From Selaginella moellendorffii (Eukaryota > Plantae > Lycopodiophyta): a DNA stretch of 64,000 bases. Below the pieces are notes generated by a model that did no database searches, was not told the DNA's origin, and was given only the letters and a program-made list of their open reading frames with translations. The DNA is taken from positions 2,674,173 to 2,738,172 of the forward strand of contig NW_003314275.1 in assembly GCF_000143415.4 (NCBI RefSeq), given 5' to 3'. Both the position numbers and the translations under genes were made by a program. This document shows, in pieces, positions 56,814 to 64,000 of this stretch (its first letter is position 1; each line of letters opens with the position of its first letter).

Positions 56814-57425
56814 CGAATTGGCAGATGGGAGGGATCGATCGAACGAGGAATCTTTAGAGTATCGTGGCAGGATCAATGGGCGCGTTAGTGGAAGCTTTAT
56901 GAGCGCTTTTCCTTGATGAGCAAGGCTGGTATACGTAGGTTTCACTCGCTCGCTATTCACACATCTTGTTTTTATTGTTTCAATTCTTGCAAGTAGTTGG
57001 AGGAAAGTGACTATAGGAGAAAGATTTGTACGATTAAGAGTTATAATCTCATGAGTTACGCTAGTAAGAAAAGGTGGTGAGAATTTTTGTTTGGTTCCTC
57101 TCAAGGAATCATAGAGGTCAATGCGGTTTGGTCGAGAGGTCAAGGCTTTAAATTCGGATCGAGAAGGATTCTTCCATACTTTTATTCGCTGGATGTTTCC
57201 ATGGTGCTTTAGGAATCTTTTCCTTTTCCTCTTGTCATGTTTCTAGCTCGGACATTCCGTGAAGAAGTTGCTGCTGAGAAGATCCAATTCTCGGCCACCC
57301 TCGAGCTCGAGCGCGCGATTAAAATGTAATGTAATCGGCGGCCAAATGCCAACAGAGGACAATCCAAAAGCTCGCGAGTTTAAAATGCGCGAGAATTCGA
57401 GCAGATTAACAATGCGTTTGAGGGA

Positions 57426-59150
57426 ATGTGGGAGTTTCTCCTCACGATCTTTGTGATCTTCCCGAGTCTCGATTCCGCTCGTACAAATATGATTTCTTCC
57501 GGAGAACCAAACGTATTCAATGTCAGGCAATTCAACGCCCGGGGAGATGGAATTCAAAACGATACTCAGGTGAGTCAAACCTCAGTCAGCACGAGATTAG
57601 TCACGAAAATTAGGAGGATTAAAGGCCTTCCTAGATGCTTGGGACGCTGCTTGCTTGGTGGAGGACTCCGTTTTTCTCATCCCACAGTCATTCACCTTCT
57701 TGATCTGGCCGGCATCTTTCAAAGGACCATGCAAATCCAACATGACAATGCAGGTGATTGCTCAAATCATCAAGCAGATTAACGGCTCTCCAAATTCTAA
57801 TTAACTTGGTTGTCAAGATCGATGGAACCATTGTAGCTCCCGGGAGCCCGGATCAATACGAGCCTGGGCAGAGGAACTCGTGGATCTCCATCGTCAAGCT
57901 CACGAGTTTTAGCATCACTGGAATCGGGACGATTGATGGGCGGGGTCAAACGTGGTGGAACATCTCTTGCAAACATAACCCTTCTCCTGTAAGTTTCTAG
58001 TCATACGAATTCAGATCCTTGATATACATATCTATCATATATTCACAGGGATGCAACGACGAAGATGCCCCAACAGTAAATCTCCTTTCTATGATCTCCC
58101 GAAGCTCTCGATCGAAACTTCAAGAGATTATCTTATATGTATCCTTGCGCAGGCATTGTGGGTGTTTGGATCGACGGGGCTAAACTTGAGCGGCATTCGC
58201 ATCCAAAACAGCCAGCAGATGAACGTCGCGTTCGTGTCATGCCACGACGTGATCGTCGCGAGAATAAGGATAGAGAATCCACAAAATAGTCCAAACACCG
58301 ACGGCATTCACATCGAATCGTCCATGAATGTGACAATAGAACACGCGGCCATTGGCACAGGTAGTACGGCAAAATGTCTTTTAGGGCTTCGTACGAATCA
58401 CACCTTTTTTCCCAGGCGATGATTGTGTGTCGATTGGATCGGGGTCGTCCAATGTCGTGATCAGGGATTGCGAGTGTGGCCCTGGCCATGGCATCAGGTT
58501 AGTGCTGATTAATCACGTATTGGTGACTGATAAGCGAGATTTATTAGCAGCATTGGGAGTCTTGGGAAGGGAGAAAGCGCAGCTTATGTTTCCAGCGTTC
58601 TTGTGCATCGCCTGCAAATAAATGGAACCATGAATGGGCTGAGGATCAAGACATGGCAGGTAAAATGTAGGGTTTGGGGATTTTGGCGTCTCCGATCCAT
58701 CGATCGATCGATCGATTGCATAGATCAGGGCTGAAATATCGATTTTGATCGCGGCAGGGAGGCCGCGGCAGCGCCAGCAACATCCGATTCGAGAATGTAT
58801 CGATGAGCGGCGTTGCGAATCCCATCATCATCGATCAGAATTACTGCGACGCGCTGCGCCCCTGCTCGCCACAGGTAGAGCTTTTTCTTCGCGATATTTC
58901 ATCGATCCTTGCAATTCTTTCGCAGGGATCGGCCGTCCAGGTGAAGAGCGTCGAGTATCTTCACATCCGGGGAACCTCCGCGACCGCCATCGCCACGATC
59001 TTCGATTGCAGTGCCTCGCTTCCCTGCCTTGATCTCCTCCTCCACGACATCAATCTCACGCAGAGCTCGGGAGCTCAAGCCTCGGCAAGCTGCTCCAATG
59101 CGTTCGGTGTTTCATCCGGCAGCGTCGTCCCAGCGAGCTGCCTCGTGTGA
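57426..59150 (+). CDS. Polygalacturonase (GH28)
   Basis: Multi-exon; [56 protein letters not shown]. Confidence 0.94.
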
Positions 59151-59270
59151 CCGGAATTTAGGTTATCTTCGTGCGGAGCCTGGAAGGAATATGCTTCTAG
59201 CGTCGCGATCCTTGGGGTAGGGCATATTCTGTCTGGCTGATCCCTGAAGAGGGGATCTCGGGAAGGCTCC

Positions 59271-59292
59271 GTCTCTCTCTCTCTCTCTCTCT
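59271..59292. repeat. (CT)n microsatellite upstream of MAEA
   Basis: Directly visible. Confidence 0.9.
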
Positions 59293-59408
59293 GCTTTGCT
59301 CATCTCTGGCGGCGCGTGGCGCTTCTCCATCGTCAGGGGGGTTCCAATTCTTCGAGACTAGGTTTGCGAATTCCATTTTCTTGCGAGCTGTGAGCAGGCA
59401 GGCAGGGA

Positions 59409-61067
59409 ATGCGCAGTGGTGGCTTGGTGTCGCGAATGGAGGGCGATAGGATTGTCGTCAACGGGTTCGCAGCCGGGGGGAATCCAGGGGTTTCGGCGGC
59501 GCGGGGCGCCAGCAACGATCGCAGCCTGGAATCTCTCAAGTTGGAGCACCAGCTCGTGAGAGTTCCCTACGAGCACCTCAAGAAATCGCTCCGGGCGAGT
59601 ACCAGGATGGTGGAGAAGGAGGTGAACGCCGTGGTCGCTGGGGTCGCCGTGGCTGTGGATAAGAATCTCTCCAAACAAGAGGCGGTGGAGCAGCTTACGT
59701 CGCTCGTCTCACGTCTCCAAGGCCTCAAACGCAAGGTTTGCTTTGGTTTCGTCTGGATGGATTGATCTGATCTTTCTTCGCAGCTGGATGAGAGCAACAA
59801 GCTCGAGCACGTCCAGGTCCAGAGATGCCGAGCGAGAATGGATCACTTAACGATGCTCCGCGACGGGGACAAAGATTGCCAGAAGAAATGGAATGAATTG
59901 CGGGTCGACAGGATCATTGTCGACTACTTACTTCGCAATTGCTACTATAGCACGGCCCAGTTGCTCACGGAATCTTCTAACATCCAGGTAAGAACCCTTC
60001 ACTCTCTCAGATCGCGACTGAGAAAATTAAGGAGTTGGCTATGGCTATACTGAAGCTACTCATCTTCAGGAACTTTGCGATGCCGATATTTTTGTAGATG
60101 CGCACCGAGTTATCGAATCACTCCGCAAAAAAGACTGTTCCGAGGCCTTGGCATGGTGCATCGAGAACAAGTCCAAACTAAAGAAGTATAAGGTATGCAA
60201 TTCTTGCTTCTTTGACCAACTTACCAGCGATTGCTTTACAGAGCAAGCTTGAGTTCAAACTGAGACTACAGGAATTCATTGAACTGGTTCGAAGCGAACG
60301 CATGATGGACGCAATTATCTACGCTCGCAAGTTCTTGTCTCCGTGGGGTAGCACTAATCTAAAGGAGCTTCAGCAGGCTATGGCAACGCTTGCTTTTAAG
60401 AGCAGTACCGATTGTGCGGGCTATAAGGTCTAGCGTGGTATTTTTCCTTCGTCTAGCGTATCCCGCTTCCTTGACCAACTTTCTCATCGTTTGTAATTTC
60501 AACTTGTGCAGGCTTTCTTCGAAGACAGTCAATGGGATAGCCTTGTCGAGCAATTCAAGCAAGAATTCTACAAGCTTTACGGAATGACCAACGAGCCGCT
60601 TCTACATTTACATATGCAGGCCGGTTTATCAGCGCTTAAGACGCCGTAAGTGATCTATATCTATCCGCTTTCTGCCTTTTCTCTAAAGATCTAATCTTTG
60701 TTCCTTCCAGATTTTGCTACGAAGAAAGCTGCACGAAGGAAGACCCTTTGTCACAGGAAAACATCCGCAAGCTCGCAGAGCCACTTCCATACGCAAAGCA
60801 CATTCACTCAAAGCTCGTGTGCTACATTACCAAGGAACTTATGGACGAAGACAATCCTCCACTTGTTCTACCAAATGGTTATGTCTACAGCAAAAAGGTT
60901 CGTTCATCACTTTCGTGTCATCGTCTTCCTTTTTCTACAAGTCAAAACTTTACTCCATGTCCACACAGGCCTTGGACGAAATGATCCGAGCCGAAGGGAA
61001 GATTACGTGCCCCAAGACTGGCTACGTTTGCAGCATGAGCGAAGTTCACAAGGCCTACATTTCGTAA
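59409..61067 (+). CDS. MAEA: CTLH/GID E3 ligase subunit MAEA (Gid9); start could be 59436
   Basis: LKLEHQLVRVPYE, LisH (RIIVDYLLR), CTLH/CRA (LEFKLRLQEFIELVR), degenerate RING (LPYAKHIHSKLVCYITKELMDEDNPPLVLPNG). Confidence 0.94.
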
Positions 61068-61178
61068 GAATCTCGCAAGAGTGTACTCTACTATAGGAAA
61101 ACACTGCTTGAAAACACAGGTAACTGTCACGATTGTAAAACGAATCTCGATTGACAGGAAAAGCAGCCAACATGACGA

Positions 61179-61960
61179 TCAAGTGAGCTCGCAATTGAGC
61201 CCCGGACCAGCTCCATTGAAAAACTGGCCAGTCCAAGTGTGGCCTTCGTTGTCAACGTAAGATCCGATCCCGTGCATCCGGTTTTCTCGCCATTCACCAG
61301 CGTAGGATCTTCCATCTGGCCACTTTGATCCAGTGCGAGTTCTCAGAGAAAAGAGAGAGTTTGTGGACGAAGAACTCTACCTTGAAAGTTCCATTGCCGT
61401 GATACTTGCCATTCTCCCAGGTCCCTTCGTACGAGGCACCGCTAGCATACTTGAATGATCCTGTTGGTCATCTACTTGTTAACTCTGATAAATTTTCTCG
61501 CCTCGTCTACCTGGGCCGTGCATCAAATCGTTCTTCCATTCTCCCTCGTAGGAGTAATTGCCATCGATGTAGTGGCCTTTCCCATCGCGAAGTCGCTTGG
61601 GTTTATCTACCTTGTAAGAAGAAACATCGAAGTTATAGAAAGCATCCAAAGTTCTTCCTTGTCGAGAATTGGGGGAATACCTGCGGCGGCTGGATCGGCC
61701 GGCGGCGGCGCGCCAGGCACTGGAGGCAGCGGCGGCTGCAAGATCCAATCTCCTTCTGCAAAGAAACAATCGATGATCGAATCAATCATCGCGGACTGCG
61801 AGAATTGAGCAAGAATTTACCATAAGTCCCGCCGCCAGGATAGTAGAACTTCCCAGTGCTCTTCACGGGCTCCACGGGCGCTGGAGCCATGGATTAGCAA
61901 AACGCGCGGATGGAGGGAAGATCGAAGCATTTTACCAGGAGCTGCTTTCTTGGGCGCCAT
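61179..61960 (-). CDS. MORN-repeat protein (MORN2-like)
   Basis: MAPKK start; repeats YEGEWKNDLMHG, YEGTWENGKYHGNG, YAGEWRENRMHGIG; ends WTGQFFNGAGPGL. Confidence 0.85.
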
Positions 61961-62511
61961 TTGTGAAACTGTCCCCTCTGCCCTAAAAATTCGAATAGAG
62001 TTAGGGCAAAGTGAGCGAGGGGGAAAAAGAGAATATTCTAAAAGAATGAGCTTAGCTTGGCGCCATGGTAAATATTTTTGAAAACGAAGATAACGAATTT
62101 AATGCGATCCGATGGCACGGATGTATTGTGACCATGGGCCCCAACGGCCGGGAGCGCGCCACGTCGCCGTCCGGTTAGGTCTCACTGCGGTTAAACTAGG
62201 AGGTGGGCGTGATGACGTGCACTGTTTCAACGGGCGGGGGCGGCGAGCCCCTGAGCGATTCTTTCGTCTCTGGGGATCAATGGCGCCATAGATCGATCAA
62301 GAGGAGGCGGCGGTAATCCCAGATCCCCAGCCGCGCCGCCGCGGAGGGATTGATTTCTCCTCTGCCGCACGGATTCCTCGCCGCGATCGGGCTCGCGCCG
62401 GCGCTGGGGCTTTTCTTGTTTTGGCCTCTCGGCGATTCATTGCGATTGCGTGCGTCGCCGGGGGGGGGGGGATTGATGGAAATCTTCGCTCAATGAGGCT
62501 TCTTGGCGGCA

Positions 62512-64000
62512 ATGATCAGTAGTTTGATGCGGCAGTTGGTCAGGCAGAGCCAGGAATCCGCGACTCCCAGCGGTGATCGGATCGATGCTCCTCCCAAAGG
62601 TCCGGATGATGAATCCCCGCCTCGAGCTTCGCCTCTGACTCCTCTCAAACTCAGGTCGGAGCAATCTCCACCTCCCGAGAATGAGAATATTTCGCCCTCT
62701 CCTCTGCCGCGGGCGATCGCATCACTGTCTCCAGGTATGGCGAAGTAAAGTATAATTCGGTATATCGAATTCTATTTTGTCCCTATAGGAGCATCGGCCG
62801 GAAAGAATGAGCAGTGTTCTTCCACAGGGTTTGAGGTACGGCTTACTTTCTTTTTTTTTTTTCTCAAGTTCCAAATTAGCTAAAATCTATGTTCCGGTTT
62901 TATAGAGTCCCCGCATCTCCGATTTTGGGAAGGATACTGATTCTCCAAGGTTTCAAGCGCTGCTACAGCTTACGAGCGGCTTAAAGAAGACCAAGCTACG
63001 AAGCCTCAACAAGAGCTTTGAGGTAGAGGCAAAAGATCTACACGCAAACATGTATTGGCGGCCTCACAGCTTTAACGACGTTGAGGTTGGTGTGCACTTT
63101 CTTTTTTTGTTCTTTTTGTTCTTCTTTATTACACCACCTTTTCAGGAAATCATCTCAGCTTTACGTGAAAAATTCAACTTGGCAAAGGAGGAAGTAAATG
63201 CAGAGCTTGCGGCGTTTGAGCTAGAGCTAAAGGAGATTCTGCGGACAGGAGACGTGCCTCCCGGGGAAGAGAAAAACTTCGAAGAGCTGCTGGCTGTGGC
63301 CCGGGCATGTCTTACGATGACGCCCTTCGACTTTCAGCAGCAGTGTGAGCGTGTGGTCCAGGCGCTCGATGAGAAGAGGCAAGAACAGTCAAATGGTCTG
63401 CTGAAGCAGCTTTTCACGCGCATTCTCTTCATCCTCACACGCTGTACTCGCTTGCTCCAGTTCCGGAACGAAAACGGTCTGAACAAGGATGGCTGCCTGA
63501 ACAGGTTTCCGAGACATCCAAAGTCCGACACCATCGCTGATGCAACGGATGGAAAGGATTCGCGGTCCTGTCCGGCAACACTGAAGTTGTTAAAGCTTGA
63601 AGACAGGGTCCTCAACAAAAACCAAGATGAAAACACAGCGAAAGATGGTTCTCGTCAACTCGAGCAGTCAAGCAACGGGCTTGTTTGCCGGATATGTGAA
63701 TTACGGGTTCCAGCGTTTTTCTTTGAAGGACATTCGCGTGTATGCGCGGCTGCTGATCGGTGCGATCATGACAAGCTGGGGTTCGATGACAGGTTAAACA
63801 GACTCGCTGAGACTTTGGAAAAAGTCGTAGAGACTTGCTCGCCGAAAAGCCAGGCAGAAGGTGACAGTTTGTCTCCTAAGCGAACGGACGATAACACTCC
63901 CCGGTCTCCGTTTTCCTCTGGTTCCATGGAGGAAGCCGATGATGTCTACGAGGTAACATTTATATTTTCTTTGCTCGTGATAAAAGTTTCTTCTCTACAC
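62512..64000 (+). CDS. IRE/IREH1-type AGC Ser/Thr kinase, N-terminal part (runs off the window)
   Basis: SPRFQALL, KFNLAKEEVNAELAAF, LKQLFTRILFILTRCTRLLQF, C2H2 finger VCRICE...HSRVC. Confidence 0.88.

Overview
Eukaryotic, land-plant nuclear DNA. Introns of about 50-60 nt, extreme gene density, PPR debris and a MORN2-like gene suggest the lycophyte Selaginella (inference). The window has three zones. (1) About 1.4-25 kb is an AT-rich nested transposon block: a short-LTR Ty3/gypsy element with a 4-bp TSD contains a long-LTR non-coding element, which contains a Cassandra-type TRIM with 5S-rRNA-derived LTRs. Two solo LTRs and a tandemly amplified Cassandra array follow. (2) 0.3-1.3 kb and 26-39 kb hold four divergent mid-SUN genes and one SUN pseudogene. 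These are interleaved with PPR fragments and a dismembered Crinkler/RHS-type NTPase-REase locus flanked by inverted copies of itself. (3) 39-64 kb is a dense gene island: three nodulin-like MFS genes, DUS3, RPL22, a multi-LOTUS protein, tRNA-Gln, a CNGC, tRNA-iMet, LEA_2, a GH28 polygalacturonase, MAEA, a MORN protein and a partial IRE-type kinase. The best novelty candidates are the diversified mid-SUN array, the inverted-repeat (possible hairpin RNA) patchwork around the Crinkler, SUN and PPR pieces, the Cassandra elements and the six-LOTUS protein. All calls were made by eye; no searches were run.
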